NCBI RefSeq assembly: GCF_000008565.1
Contig: NC_001263.1
Coordinates: forward strand, 2,473,347-2,505,346
Origin: Deinococcus radiodurans R1 = ATCC 13939 = DSM 20539
GTDB lineage: Bacteria; Deinococcota; Deinococci; Deinococcales; Deinococcaceae
Direction of reading: 5' to 3'
DNA: 32,000 nucleotides
This document shows positions 31,242 through 32,000 of the stretch, in pieces (within the stretch, counting starts at the first letter, position 1; each line of letters opens with the position of its first letter). The position numbers were made by a program, and so were the translations under genes. Below the pieces are notes generated by a model, which was not told where the DNA came from, made no database searches, and was given only the letters and a program-made list of their open reading frames with translations.

Positions 31242-32000
31242 GGGCAACTGAGCCGTCTGCGGCGCAATCACGTAGCTCAGCCCGCCGCTGTGCGCCAACC
31301 ACAGCTTCTCGAAGGCGGCGCGGGGGTAGACCGTCCGCACGCCCGCGTCGTTGGGCGCCGCCGGGTCGTTGAGCACCGGGTTGCCCTGCGCGTCGAAGCC
31401 GATGAGGACCATCAGGTGCCCGTTGCTGCTCGGAATGGGGGCGCCCGGCAGTTCGCCTTTTTTCCAGCCCAGGCTGACCGCCAGCGGAAACCCGGCGGCG
31501 GTGTACTTCTCGGCGGCGCTCAGGCTCGGCAGTCGGGTGACGAAGGCGCGCATCCCCTGTTCGCCCGCGTAGGCCACGTTGAACGACCAGTTGCCGGTGC
31601 CGTCGTAGGCTTTGTCATAGGTTCCGGCGGCGGCCTGCGGCACCGTGACCGGCGTGCCCAGCGCGGCCAGAATCATGCTGACGCTGGTGGGGCTGCACCA
31701 CGCCTCGCCGCCGTTGGGGTAGAGCATCTGCGAGCGCTGCGGCACCACCCCGATGCGGCCCCAGGCCCGGCGGTCACTCGCCTCGCCCAGCCGCTCGGAA
31801 CGCCGCGCCCAGTCGCTGGTCGTGAGCCCCAGCAGCCGCAGCGTGGTGCCCGACCCGCGCAGGGTCACGCGGTATTGCAGGGTGGTCGCCTTCGCTTTCA
31901 GCTTGAGCGTGTCGGTCAGCACCTGCCCGGCGTTGTCTTTTTGCCCGTCCAGGCTGGTGCGGCCCTCCGCGGCGCTCCACGTCCCGAAGGAGTACCAGGG
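31239..32000 (-). CDS. C39-like cysteine peptidase domain protein. The 5' end is probably outside the window.
   Basis: The catalytic Cys context GEAWCSPTSVSMILAALG and the motif SNGHLMVLIGFD (His) are present. The frame stays open from 31923 to the window edge (…PWYSFGTWSAAEGRTSLDGQKDNAGQ-VLTDT), so the GTG at 31922 need not be the start. Confidence 0.7.
   Translation of the reverse strand, partial: PWYSFGTWSAAEGRTSLDGQKDNAGQVLTDTLKLKAKATTLQYRVTLRGSGTTLRLLGLTTSDWARRSERLGEASDRRAWGRIGVVPQRSQMLYPNGGEAWCSPTSVSMILAALGTPVTVPQAAAGTYDKAYDGTGNWSFNVAYAGEQGMRAFVTRLPSLSAAEKYTAAGFPLAVSLGWKKGELPGAPIPSSNGHLMVLIGFDAQGNPVLNDPAAPNDAGVRTVYPRAAFEKLWLAHSGGLSYVIAPQTAQLP

Overview
This is a GC-rich bacterial chromosomal window. 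The protein set and the hairpin-rich small non-coding repeats resemble Deinococcus (D. radiodurans-like), but that assignment is inference, not a search result. I support about 27 protein genes, most of them housekeeping: a FadN-type dehydrogenase/hydratase and a thiolase, di-haem cytochrome c, an ABC permease, M48 and M20 peptidases, rpoZ, hisA, murD-ftsW, a GGDEF cyclase, ndk, a divergent LacI/MFS pair, and prolyl oligopeptidase. I saw no rRNA, tRNA, CRISPR array or transposase gene.

Things worth a second look:
1. A MITE-like repeat family sits at gene 3' ends. One copy carries a second 168-bp TIR element nested in it, with a clean 6-bp target-site duplication and an intact empty site elsewhere in the window.
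2. Three genes carry four frame breaks, each explicable as loss of one base from a G or C run. One of these genes also has a TGG->TGA nonsense codon. This looks like base-calling compression, or else real gene decay.
3. A lower-GC islet (5.85-8.9 kb) encodes a sigma70-region-4 plus HARE-HTH-like DNA-binding protein followed by a small HNH nuclease.
4. A ~47% GC orphan gene and a hydrolase gene are wedged between the two fad genes.
5. There is a stand-alone Zn-ribbon + HEPN (RNRVIH) protein.

All functional calls come from motifs read in the supplied translations. No database search was run.
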